Below are positions 1-19,612 of a stretch of DNA of 64,000 nt, piece after piece. The DNA comes from Chrysomallon squamiferum (taxonomy: Eukaryota; Animalia; Mollusca). The stretch is from positions 15,872,001-15,936,000 of the forward strand of contig CM022672.1 in assembly GCA_012295275.1 (NCBI GenBank). Direction: 5' to 3'. Below the pieces are notes generated by a model, which had not been told where the DNA came from, searched no databases, and worked only from the letters and a program-made list of their open reading frames with translations. Every line of letters starts with the position of its first letter. Position 1 is the first letter of the stretch. Made by a program: the position numbers and the translations under genes.

Positions 1-281
1 TACTGGCATTGCAAATTCAAAATGATAAAACTGGGCTCTCTGTTTCAGTTAGAAAAATAATATCTCTTTTCTGTGTATATGAAGACTAAACCTCCTACAG
101 TTAAAAAAAAACCACCAAAATATTAAATTACAATGAGAAAATTAAATACATCAAGTAAATAAATAAATAAATAAATAAATAATTAAATAAAATGCACTCT
201 TCCGATAGTAAATGTTGTTAATTGTTATGTGGTTCTTTAATACTGATGTTACAAGAAAACCTGATGTCATAATTTTACTGG

Positions 282-492
282 CTGCAAGGAATCTTGTTAC
301 AATGTCTTTTTCCATTGTAAGGAAAACAAATCCTATGATTGGCTTTGATAAACCAGTTGAAGTCTATTGAGAATAGTATAATGATTGCACTGTAGAGGAA
401 AGATATGAATGCACAGATGCACGCACATATACAGAAAATTACGATGGACATAAAAAAAAAATTAACCAACATTAAAATACAGGGTAACTTTT

Positions 493-536
<44 letters not shown>

Positions 537-3500
537 CAATCACATACCAAAAGAAAAACTGTGCCTGTGATGATGCAGCAAAAACAACTGAACTGATGTT
601 AAAGAAGTATTCTGTTTGTAAATTTTCAATAATTTTCTAATTACCTTAAAGCATCTCTAAGGTCATTCAACATGTCTTCCTTTGCCTTCACATCAAAAAT
701 AGCTCTTTGTAATTCATCATCTGTTTTAGCTGACTGCTGTTTGGATTCCTTTAAACAATCCTGTTAAATTAAAAATTTTAAATCTAAAGGTAATACTGAA
801 ACATTAGTGACTGAAAAAAACAAAAAAACTACAACACCACCAAATCTCACCCCGTTAAACAAAATAAAATGGAACATTATAAAATTTTAAAAAGTGAAAG
901 TAAAAAAATACAAAGTAACTGAAATAAAATAAATTGTATTAACAATATATGTCTGTCTGTCTGTGATTTTTAAACAACACAACACTATACTTAATATAAA
1001 AAAATTATTAGGTGTTGAATATGACTTATTATTTAAAAATAGTACAAGAGAGAAAATGTCTAGGCTTAGCACATAACTGAAATTAGTTTTAATACACTGA
1101 ATGATATACTAACTTTAAGACGTTTTACTTCAGCATCAAGTTCATTGACTAACTGCATTTGTTGTTTCATGTCCTCTTCTTTGATAGATAACTGGTCTTC
1201 TAGATCATTCACTTTAAATAAAATAAAATAAATAAATAACAAACAAAACAAATAATATACATATATTAATAAAAATAAACAAACAAGCAAACAGACAGAG
1301 AAGTGTTTTGTCCCAGTATAACTGACTTTTGGTTTTAATGTATTCTAAAGCACAGTTGCTCACCTAACTCTATCTTCTGCTCCAACTGAACTCGCAGATC
1401 TCTAACGTCTTTTTCCAGTTTGTTCAACCTTTCCGATTTGTTGTCTTGAGCCTCTCTTTCATCCTGCAACTGCTGCTCAGCAGACGTCAATTCTGTTAAC
1501 AGCTGACGCTTCTCTCCTTGCAGAGACCTGGAACGAAATGAAGAAATGTTTCTTTTATTGACGATATCAACAGATTTTTAATTTAGATACTACTGCATGG
1601 TGTTATATAAATTATTAATGACAATGCTGATAACACAGTCAAATCCCACAGTCAGTAGACAGTAAGCCACTAATTTTTCAGTTAGCAGCAGAAAATAATT
1701 TCTTATACACACAGAACAAATACCATGACCTTTGATAAATCAGTTATGAATAATAAACTCCCAAAAACTGCTGCTGATGATAGCCTATCACATGTCAACT
1801 TTGAACGGCATGTCACTCACCTCACAGTACAATTCAGATTGGATATTTCTGCAGTTTTCTGTTCGAGGTCTGAGCAGGCCTGTCTCAGTTTTCTTTCAGC
1901 AGTGTCACTCTCAGCCATGAACTGAGCTTTGTCTCGCAACACCTGCTGCTCTAAGTATGATACCTGACAAAGTTAATATACAGTTATAAATATACTGGAC
2001 CACGGAATGAAAAATTTTCTTAACAGGATATATGAGTCTTATATGTTGTAAAAATAAAAACACGCTACAGTTTACAATAACAAATAAATAAATAAATAAA
2101 TAAATAAATAACAACAATTATATAAAAAATTTAATCAAAAGGGAAGTTATTTTTAAATGTAGCCTAAAACAAGGGCTGAAAGATCTTTAAAGAAAATGGG
2201 TATACCCAGCAAATCTAAAATCTCTTTAATATAAAATAATTACAAATTAGTTTATAATAATTAAATAATGTCTATTAAAGCTCATCTATTAACATCTGAT
2301 GTTGCCCATTCATTTAAATCTAGCTAATTTAATTGATTATCGATTATTTATCTAAAATCTGTTCATTCTCTTCTTTTTAAACCTAGCTGTTGCTCTCACC
2401 TTTCTATTTAAATCTAGTTGATTTTCCTCCAACTCAGAAATTCTCTGTGTTGCTTGTTGTAACATGGTCTGGTGTTCCAGCAAAGACTTCTCCAGACTTG
2501 TGTTTTCCTCAGTCTTTTCTTCCAGTTCCTCTTTCGTTTCTCTCAACATTTTTTCTAATCTGGAAATCTGGAAAATGTGTAATTAATACTAAAAAAAAAA
2601 TACCTTTGAAAAACCAGAGTTTTCAGATCAATATTAGGTTTCTTTAAATATTTGATTATTTCATACCACACAGCCATTTATGATATATAGATTATTGAAT
2701 CTATTACTTTATCAAATTTTTTAAACCTGCAGCCCAGTACATTTACAACTAAACAAAACTACAAAGAAATGGTACCTGTTATTGTTTAAGAAATCAGTTT
2801 TCCTACTTTACAAGGTTTATATACTATACATGGCTAAGTAGTTACTGTATATCAGAATGTTACATTAATTTTATTTATAAACTATGTTTGTACCATTTCC
2901 ATTTTTGCCCAAATGTTCCACTCAGTGGTTTGGAAAAATTACAGGGATCATAGCTCATACATAATATTTTACTGTGACTGATTAACTTTATAAGTAAACA
3001 AATTAGGTCCGAACTTTTACCTGGTCTTTTTTAAGCTTAACGTCTCTATCAAACTGTTCTTTAGAAGTGTGAAGATTAAACAGGCATGTCTTAATCTCCT
3101 CTTTACAAAGCATTAGTGATGATTCTAAATGGTTCATCTGTGATTTTCCTTCGGTAGACAGCTGCTCTATTTGCATGTTTAGTGTTTGATTTTGCTGCAA
3201 TCGTAAATTTAATTCCTGAAATTGTAAGAATAAATGAATGAACAAAAAATTATCAGCAGAAGGAAAGAAAAATTTTAATTGATAATGTACTCAATATCTG
3301 TTTAATCAACAGTAACCAAATGGTTAAGGTTCAATAGATAATGATAGGAAGCAAGAAGCACGTAATTTAGAAAAGCACTTGAAAAGGTTATGTGGTGTCA
3401 TATATATTTGATTAAAACCATATTCAGATACTGAGAGAAAGACTTTCCTACCATTGATGGGCTACCCTTTTTAATTCAGAAGCAAGGGATTTTTCATGTG

Positions 3501-3540
3501 CACCTTACCATAAGTAAATGACATTTGATAAACCAGTTAT
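282..3540. repeat. Degenerate copies of a dispersed SINE-like repeat in CCDC18-like introns (~282-360, ~1533-1750, ~3395-3540)
   Basis: Shared motif TTTGATAAA(C/T)CAGTT at ~344, ~1731 and ~3525, each preceded by GCAAGG(G/A)AT- or GCAGCAG-like segments. The SINE identity is inferred. Confidence 0.45.
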
Positions 3541-6500
3541 ACAATATTGGCAAAGAGAAAAAAAAAAGCATGATATACTGACTGAGGAGAATTAATCATG
3601 TAAATCAGAACCTGATGTACTTAATAAGATAGGAAATCCAGTCAATAAATGTATCAAAGACGATTGTTCCTGAATCCCATTAAATAATGTAAATTACAAC
3701 CCTCAACAAAGACCATTATATAATTACATGATAAAATCATAGATTTTTATACATATTAATATGAAACAAAATCTGACATTACTCCTTATTTTTCTTCACT
3801 CAGTCATATTGTATTTTAAGAAATATAAAAAATAAATCTTTTATGTCTACCTCTTTTGTTTCTTTCAGTGCTTCCTCAACATGATCAAGTTTTGATGTCT
3901 TTTCTGCTAATTCTCCTTTCAAACTAGTCAAAGCTTTTTCTTGTTCCTTTAACAAATTACCCTTTTTCTCCAGCTGTTCTTGAAGCTGTAACAATGACAA
4001 TAATGACAGTAAAAATTATAACAGAACCAACACGAATCAATTTATAGGATTAAAACAACAGCTGACTCTTGTATGGAACAATTTCCAGAATTGCTGAAAT
4101 GTACTTTGACATTATTTCCCTGTCAGACATTTTTCTGTGCCACAACACACAACACAAAACCATTCGGCCCAAGCTGCCATGTTGGAACAACGCACTAACA
4201 TAACCCTGACATCCTACCACATGATTGCATTGAGGTTCAAGGGCCTTGAACTCATGACCAACAATCACGACAACTTGATATACATTTTTTACTCAGTTAA
4301 CTACAAACTCACTCTGTCAATCTGTTTGACATAGTCAGCACATTGATCTGTGTGAACGTGTTGTAGTTTTTCATGCGACTGTTGGACAGCTCTCAACTCT
4401 TTCTTGTAAAATTCCAGCTGGTCATGTAGAGTGTGATTTTCTTCTTCTCGGCTGATTATTTCTTCTTCTAGCTGCTTCATGCGAGCTATATGTGTGGAAA
4501 ACTCCCTCATTTTCTCATCCAGCTGATCTTCAACACTTGACAGTCTCATTGACTTCTTTCTCAACTATATTTTTGAAAATAAATAGTAAAAACAATATTT
4601 AAAAAAAAAAAAACTAATAATAATAAAAATGATCATATAAAAAGTAAACAATAATAATAACAATTTCATCTTTTTGTCAGTGCTTCACAAAATAAGCTCT
4701 AATAAAAACAAGATCCACATCTTTCTTTTCTACATTTTAATAGAAACAGCAGTAGTGCTTACCACATTACAATGTAAACAGTAATAAACACATTTTTTTT
4801 TATATCTACATTTTGAAATAATAATTTTTTTAAAAATTAAAAAACAATACTAAAATCAATACTATTATCAATCTGAGATTCAAAACACCAAAAGAAAACT
4901 AACATAAAACAAATTCTGTCCTGCTATTTTTTTACTTCATCTTTATGCTCATTTTTTAGAGTAATTCATTTAATAATATTAAAATCCAGTAGATTCAGAC
5001 TTGTTTCTTCAAACATCTTTCAGAAATGTTAATATCCAAAGAACTTAAAAACAATATAACTGAAGTAAAATAAACTATCTCTAAAATAAACTATTTTCTG
5101 CTGACTGCATCACACTTAACTGATAGTTTCTGTTAATAATAAAATATATTTTAGTTAAATAAAAGTGTATCTAGTCATACCTCTCTTTCCAGACTGTTAT
5201 TTTCTGTACACTTTCTGTTGATCTCTTCCTGAAGTTCAATTATCTGACTGTTTCTCTGTGTTATGCGAGAATCTAATGCCACATTCTGGGAGTCCTTGTC
5301 AGACAAGTTATGTTTGAGATCTATCAGCTGATTGGCTAGCCTTGATTTGTCTGCCTCCAACTGCCCAATGATAATTTCCATTTCTTGGCATTTTTGATTT
5401 TCTGTAGAGTATTAAATATAAATGTATTTTTAAAATGAGGTTTAACAATATATAATAAATAATAGGAAAGAATTAAGAAAGTGTAAAGATGACATATTTA
5501 AAGAATTCTAGCAAAAAGAATAATTTAATGTTAATTTTTAATCAAAATTGGGAAGTATTTGAAACTTATTATAATTGACAATCAGTAGTTTCAAAATAAT
5601 TTTATCAATTATTAATAACTGTGCACATGGTTTTAGAAAGTTTAACAGCTTTCTATACCCCAGTATGTACTGCAGGAGAATAATTACCTCATTTTAATAA
5701 TACTGAGTTTTATTATTTTCATAATGCTGATCTTGTTAAAGAAAGCAGTAAATCTGAACATCAGATGTATTCAATACCTTTTTGAATTCTTTCCAGGACA
5801 GCATTAAGTTCAGCACGTAATGAATCGAGCACTGCAGAAGAAGAATTATTTTCACAAGCCTGAAGACTCAGTCTTAATCTCTTAATTTCTTCATCTCTTG
5901 AGTGCAGCTGCAGTCTGTTATATAAAAGTAATATATTAAATATTCACTTTTTGGATAGAAAGGTTAACACAGACAGCTGTAATTTTGAAAAATGCTATGC
6001 TTGTTCCCTGAGAAATTATTGTGGTGAAGTAAAAAGTTTTAGCTTTGAAGTGTAGTAATAATTTATCATTTGGTTCCAGAACAGGAAAACTAACTGACAA
6101 ATTATAACTTTAAAATAATGAACATGAACCCATATCCAAACATGCATGCACATGCACGCACACACACACATCCAAATGTGTGTACCCACCCACCCTACAT
6201 ATACACACAATGTACCTGAGATCTGCAAGCACTGCTCTAGCACCTCCAGACTTTGCTGTCTTAGATGTCTGTGATACTGCTTCTTCAGTGGTGCTGCAAT
6301 TTCCTTTGTTAAAACTTGATGTGCTGGTGTTATTCTTCTGCCCTTGCAAACTGTGCATGCCACTGTCTCCCGAAACATTAGTCATCTGAATGTAATTAAT
6401 AATTCATACAAGTCTCAGGAAAATCAATTTTATGTTACAATGAAAGAAGCATTTTTATCAGCTGTAAATTCAGTTCTCTTTGATGATGGCTGCTTCAGAT

Positions 6501-9500
6501 ATTTACAATATTAGTGACCAAAGACCGACACATCAAAACATCTCAGAAATAAATGTTTGGAAATTAATTTTAAATTATAAAAGCAGCTGCCTGTTTATTT
6601 AAAAAAAAAAAAAAAAAAAAGGATTACAATAAAATGTCCTTCAAATTAAAACATTAATTAAAATTAGTATTTTATAAACTGATTTTGGTAAGAAAAATAA
6701 ACCTCTTTGGAGAAAGAAAAGATAATCAACAATATTTTTAGTCACGTTTTTCAACAGAAATCCATAAAGATAGAAAAAACAATAAAAAAAAAATTATAAA
6801 AATTATGTTAAAGCAAAATATGTTTTTATCAATATGATTATTCATGTTATAGTATACCATACTGGTTCTAAGTTTCAGTTAATATTTTTCTAACTAACAA
6901 AAAGAGCCCTACATCTGAGTATTTTGAAAAACTCACAAAACTTGACTGCTGCTGCTGCTGGACTTGTTGAGCTAACAGTTCTAGCTGAACTAACATTGTC
7001 CTGGCTTCTTCAACTTCTTGCTGACATACATTTAAATCCTGCTGCATTTTCTGATTTTCTGTTTTCAGTTGAATATTTTCTTTTTTTATTTCTTCCCTAT
7101 CACCTGATTCTGCTTGGAGTTTTACTAAAAAAAAAAAAAACATCGAAAACCCTGTTAATATAATAATAATAATCACAATACTTTCTTTTTTTATTTCATA
7201 ATCTGAATTCCAGTTAATTCATGTAAATAATTATTTAACAGTATTTATTAACAATAATCATAACAGTGTTTTTAAATGAAGATACCTGTCTCTTTGAGGT
7301 TATATTTTGGATGACAGGCAGCCTGTACCATTAGTCAGAGCTCAAAGATATGGCAGACTGAGTGACAACCAATTCAGATGACATGTTTGGAAATTATTGT
7401 ATGAAACTGACTTGTTTGGGAAACAATTTAGACAATTTTTACCATCTGGCAGACTAAGTGACAACCAATTCAGATGACATGTTTGGAAATTATTGTATGA
7501 AACTGACTTGTTTGGGAAACAATTTAGACAATTTTTACCATCTGGCAGACTGAGTGACAACCAATTCAGATGACATGTTTGGAAATTATTGTATGAAACT
7601 GACTTGTTTGGGAAACAATTTAGACAATTTTTACCATCTGGCAGACTGAGTGACAACCAATTCAGATGACATGTTTGGAAATTATTGTATGAAACTGACT
7701 TGTTTGGGAAACAATTTAGACAATTTTTACAATCTGGGGTAAAAATAAAAAGAGGCCTGCTAGCTGAGGTGATAGTTTATGATATTCAGGTGTATGGATG
7801 CTATGTAGCTGTGGTTGGAATATGAATTAATTTTGGTAATAAAAATAAAGGATGTAATTAGGTTACAGAAATGAGAACATACTAAGAGCAGACTTCAGTT
7901 TTTCTACTTCTTCTGTCATTTCTATGTTTCGTTGTTCCATGTCGGTTTTAGTCTCCATTTCAACAGCTTCCAGAGTCTGCAGCCTTCTGTTGAGAGAAAA
8001 AGAAAACAAATCAGTGAATAAATCATAATTATTGTGTTTTTTATTTCTAAAATATAACTCTGTACATTTAAGATTCACATATAATTATATACATGTCATC
8101 ATTATAAGAATTTATAAGATAAAGTCTAATAATGCACAGTACATAGATGATACAAGATAAAAAAAGAAATGGAAGAAAGATATATTTTATTTAACTGTGC
8201 AGCCTAAACCTTTTTAATCTATGGTTTGTGATAAATAATGCACCCATCCATCCATATGGATGTATATGTTAAGAAATATACAATGCAACTCCTTTTTATT
8301 GAGTATATGAGTACAAGATTAGGTGTTTGTGTCCAAATGCACACATACACATGAGAACTGAGAACATTTTATTTCTTACTGAATTTCTTTCTCTTGTTTC
8401 TCAATTATGTCTTCTACTGAAGATGCACGTCTGACTAGCTCATCTCTCTCACGACTCAAGTGAGATATCATGTCTCTCAGATAATCTTCACTTTCTTCCA
8501 TCTAACAAAACACAAACAATTATAAATTTAAAGCTGGGTTAAGATTACTTAAAAAGCACTGGAAATGAACCATTCGGCAGAATGCAGCACAAAACTGGAA
8601 ACAGCTTATTGAGACTTTAAGCTGATAACAGCACACTATGGCTACACAATGGTATTGATGATGAATGTTAAATAATTTAGCTCAGAAGTTTCTTTTTAAA
8701 CATAACTTGCAATGTTTAGTGACAAATTTTGATTTATAAATGAACGGAAACTGAGTAAATACCATTATGAGGTTTGTGTGCACTGAACTATAAGAAAGCT
8801 AAGTTATCATCAGCTCTGATACTGTAAAGAAATTTTTGCATTTTCAGAAATGATAAACTCTTCTTGTAAATTTCAAGAATGTATACACTCTTACAAATGT
8901 AAGAATATAAAAAATATACCGTTCTGATTTTTTCCTTCATTCGTTTTTGATATGTCGCCAGAGATTCTTGAGAGTCAAGGAAATTCTGTAGAGCTTCATC
9001 CCTCTGTTTTTCTATACTAAAAATAAATAACAATTAATATTTCAATCATAAAAAGTAATATCGATTTTGTCCTGCATATAAAAAGTTTACAGCATAAAAT
9101 TAATGATACAAATATAACATAGCAATTTTTTATGTTATGTAATTCTTCAAATGATAAATGACCACATATGACAATAAAGATCATTTAAAAGTAACTTGTG
9201 CTATCATTTTTCTTCCATGTTTATATTGGTAAGCAAATATTTGTCACCAGAACTCAAAACTGACTAATGCTGAGGAATGAAACATTACTTTTTTCTAAAA
9301 TTATAGAACAACTTTGTGATAGGCAATAAATATGCACAAGTATGTGAGTAATAGCTGATGGTAAACAGAAACTTCCAATCAGAATTTCAATCTGCACTTA
9401 TGAATCATCACATGATTACAGGAGATAAATACATTTCCATTAAATATACCTTCTCCTTAGTTTTTTCTCAGAGTTTAGTTCTGTTCTCAGATCAGACACA

Positions 9501-11771
9501 TCTTGCCCGAGATCATTTATCTTTGTCTGCAAGTGAGATACTGTTCGCTGACTTTCTTCGTATCGTTCTTCTGCAGTTCTGAAAACAATAAAAGCAAAAA
9601 CAAAAAATATAATAATAATCATGGCTATACATGTTATAAATAAAAAGTATAATAAATATACATTTCCTGTTATATACAGAGATGTGGACAAACAGAAAGA
9701 GTGGAGAGATAAAGAATGAATTAAAATTAACAATGCTTGTTCTATCAGAAAACTGAATTGAGATATGATGTATTCTTAATTTTATACTAATGATTCCAGA
9801 CAGCACAAAAGAAGAAACAAACACAGCAAGGGATAAGGTGATCAGAGACATGCATAATTTTCAATGAAAGATAAATAAAAACATATTGTCAGTGATATTC
9901 CTGATACTGAGCAGATGCAGAGGTAATGGCTATGAGGATCAATTCTGTTAATAAATAAGTGTATCTAAAAGTATCCTCCAACAAACACACACACACACAC
10001 ACGTTGGAGGATGCTCTTAGATTAAGAATGTGTGGAGTGTTTTATTAAATAAAAATATTTTTCTGCAATACCTCAAAGCTTTGTCCTGAGCTTCTGTTTC
10101 AGCCTGTAAACCTTCTATTTTGTCTTCAAGTTCAGCTACTACATCATTGCTACTTTCAAATTCTTGAGACAACTCCCGTATCTAGAGCAAAAGAAAATTA
10201 ATTAGATACAATATAATTTTAAAATAGTAAGAATCCCATAAGTAATAATAAACTGATTGTTGCATATAAAAAACAATATTAATGATTAAAAACATGTTAT
10301 AGTGAAATTTCAACATTCATGGTCTTCTCAAAAACATATTAGATTAGGACATTAAGGAAATATTTCAAGAAGTCATTTCTTTTTAATTAAAAATTAATGG
10401 AAATGCAGAATTATATGGTAACACATCTACTTTCAACAGATAAAGATAATTATTTTATTTAATACAGCAAATTATTATTTTTTTTAGAAATTAATCATTT
10501 AAGAATGATTTATGAAAAAATAATATTTTAAATAAAAGAAATTATTTCCAAAAAAATTAAAACAAGAAAATAAAGAACTTAAAAAAGAATACTTTTCTAT
10601 AAAAAAAAAAAAAAGTTATAAATAATAATAACAGTAACACTGAATGTTTTATTTAAAAAAGAAAGAAAAACCTTGCTGTTAGCTGTCTGAAGTTCATAGG
10701 CAAGCCTTTCAACTTCAGACAGCAGCCTGTGATTTTGTCTCATGACCTTTGAACTTGTGTCTTGTTGATTTCTGATTCTGTTATGTGAAACATTTGTATC
10801 TGACACTAACCCATCAGTATCTGTTTCAAAAGGTCGTCTAGAATATGTCTAAAAACAGTGAAATATATATTAATTTTAAAAGAAGATTTTGTAAAAAAGA
10901 ACTATAAATTGTTAATAATAAAAAGGTTTGACTAGCATTTGAAGACTTATTTTTTATAACAATGTTTCATTCTGTGGAAAATCAATATTATTCATTTTAA
11001 AGATTTCTTTTCCCTTTTTTTTTTTCTTTTTAGAAATATGTATAATTGATATTTTTCAAACCTTTCACTAATATATTCCTGCTTACTTTTTTCTTCTTTT
11101 TTTTTCCAATTAATTTTAAACAATAGTAATTTTTTGAACCAGAGGAAACATTACCTGGGGTCTGTTTGGTGTACTGGCAGGGAATGGTCTTTCTAGAAAA
11201 CCTGTATAAGAATCTGGTAATGTACTCAAGCCTGATCGTATGCTCTCTCTGTCGACAAAATCATCAGTGCTTTCAGTTTCACGTCTGTAGGACATAGTGT
11301 CTGTTGGCAAATATCTTGTCAACTGTTGGGAAAAATCTACATTCCTAAAAACCAGAACACATTAATAGTCACAGTGATGTAATGCTAAACACTTCACTGT
11401 TGATTAATAATAGAAAATATCTCCCACTAATATTTTTTCAGGTAATTATTAGTAGATTTGATGTCTGTATAAGTTTAGATTATTATTTGCCTGTGTTTGT
11501 TTTTACTTTTATTGCTATTAAAGTTAAGTTAAAGTGACTCTTTTATTTTATTATTTATTTATTATTATTATTATCATGTTTAATTTTATCACTGGATAAA
11601 TGAATATATATTTTAAATTAATATAAACCCTCACCTATAAACACTCAATTCGTCTGACTCTTCCGTTTCAAGCCGCGTTAATGTCCTTAAATTTTTTTCT
11701 GTATCTATAAGTCTTTTTCTTAAGTCTTTAACATTTTTCATCAAATAAAGTGATGCGGTTGCATCTGCCAT
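645..11771 (-). CDS. CCDC18: CCDC18-like long coiled-coil protein, 20 coding exons, 3' end beyond the left window edge
   Basis: Phase-consistent GT-AG exons: 11635-11771, 11155-11344, 10672-10848, 10072-10181, 9450-9578, 8920-9016, 8380-8501, 7883-7986, 6913-7124, 6216-6385, 5778-5914, 5181-5401, 4313-4564, 3851-3985, 3021-3215, 2400-2567, 1821-1963, 1364-1527, 1114-1211, 645-760. E/Q/K/L heptad-rich. The motifs LMKNVKDLRKRLIDTEKNL, VMRQNHRLLSEVERLAYEL, LEDKIEGLQAETEAQDKALRTAEERYEESQ and EKQRDEALQN resemble the vertebrate CCDC18 N-terminus as recalled; orthology needs BLAST confirmation. Confidence 0.85.
7351..7737. repeat. 96-bp tandem repeat x4, near-perfect, in a CCDC18-like intron
   Basis: GACAACCAATTCAGATG recurs at 7364, 7460, 7556 and 7652; the units are almost identical. 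Confidence 0.97.
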
Positions 11772-12239
11772 AATGATCATTCATAATCGTTGACATCCTC
11801 GTATATTAGTTTTGTGATAATCGACACAAAATGTTTTGTGTCTATTGTTATTTATGGAATGTATTTAATACGATATTACATTTTTTGTATGCATGTCCAA
11901 GATAGTAGCAAGCTGTCAAATTAAAAAAATATATATGTAACAATTATAATATTTTATATAAATAATTAATAAATATAAACACTAAAACTAGTAACAGCTA
12001 ACACTAATAACACTATAGTGACTATTACTAAGTATTAGTATTATTATATTAACAGGTTTGAACACGTTCGGATTAATGTTGAACGTAAAAGTGTCAGCTT
12101 CAGTTGCAACTTATTTTTTATAATTTATAATATCAACTCCATAAAAATACACAACATAGAAAATAATACATCTGAAGAGAATTTAATATACTAAACTGCA
12201 AAAACCAGAAGTAACACTCATATTTACATATTAACATAT

Positions 12240-13291
12240 AGAAAGGCCGCCATAATACAATAATAACATTTGATTGGTTACAAACATTATACTTCCGTTT
12301 TCGTTATTTTCTTATTTTGTACTTCTCCTACATTTATAATATTTCAACGTTATAATATTTGAGTATCGTCTCGGTTTGGATTTTGATGCACCTTCATTAA
12401 ATAACAGCGCGCATAACCATTGACAAAAATTGTTATTATTATTATTATTTTTTTTTTTACCTACCAAATAAAGCAGTGCTTGCTATTCGCATGTTTGCTG
12501 TAAAATTAAACAATTAACATAACCTTATAGCTAAAAGTTCTGTTTTTCATAAGGCAATTTTTAGCCATACATAAACAACCCCGTATCTCCAAAGTTTCAC
12601 AATGCATTTCACTCACAAACTGCACAAAAAATTGCCGTTTTCTGACAGTCAGAACACGATTAAACAATTAGGCAACGACCACTAATCTATTTTTATGGAA
12701 CTCACTTACACATTCTGCGTTAAAACCTATATCGCATTAAAAAGGTAAGAATGTTATAGTATACACATACTAAGTAGAAACAAACAAAAACTTGCAGTAT
12801 ATACTGAATTTAATGTGTATATTTTAATCATATATATATTTCGTTATGTCTCTGTCAATAATAACAAGAAAAATATCGTTATTTCTGCACAACGCGAGAG
12901 TGTTGCTTATCTGCGTCAAAACCGATACAACGAGGATACTTGTACTTAACAATTTAGAACTGGATATTTATCATAAAAATTATTTCCGATGACTCTGCTG
13001 CTTTTAAGATACTTGGTGAAATTTGCTGGAATAACTGATTATTAATAGTATTAAGCACAATCGTGACAGTGTATATTATTATTCAACAGGCGTAATGTGC
13101 TGAAATAAAACAATTCCTATATTCATTTAATTAAACAAAAGAAAATTAATTCAGTCACTTTAGAGTATAGTTCCTTTCTTTTTCTTTTTTCGATTCAGTT
13201 GTTTCCGATCCGTGATTTAAATATAATTCCGATCCGAACACCATCTTTAACAGAGGTTTGCGCATGACAGCCATGTAACTTCCTTTTTTAC
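12240..13291. promoter_or_regulatory. Divergent (bidirectional) promoter region between CCDC18-like and RPL5
   Basis: CpG-retaining interval between two divergent starts. YY1-like CCGCCAT 12247-12253, CCAAT (ATTGG) 12273-12277, ETS-like ACTTCCG 12291-12297, duplicated TTCCGATCCG near 13203 and 13226, NRF1-like TGCGCATG ~13259. Confidence 0.6.
13279..13291 (+). promoter_or_regulatory. TCT initiator / 5' terminal oligopyrimidine (TOP) tract of RPL5
   Basis: CTTCCTTTTTTAC lies ~75 nt upstream of the RPL5 ATG; this is the typical start motif of metazoan ribosomal protein genes. Confidence 0.7.
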
Positions 13292-13356
13292 TAAAACCTC
13301 AACCTCAAGCTGAAGCTACCTGTAGGTGTCGAAGTTTAACTTCGATTCTGACCGCT

Positions 13357-19575
<6,219 letters not shown>

Positions 19576-19606
19576 ATTATGTTCAGAGCTTGTATCTTTG
19601 ACAACA

Positions 19607-19612
19607 AATAAA
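19607..19612 (+). terminator. RPL5 polyadenylation signal AATAAA
   Basis: AATAAA ~30 nt after the stop codon, followed by GT/T-rich sequence. Confidence 0.7.

Noticed and set aside
7342-7656. 104-aa repetitive ORF as an independent gene or CRISPR-like array
   Set aside because: A pure 96-bp tandem repeat without unique spacers, in a eukaryotic intron, and with a TTG rather than ATG start.
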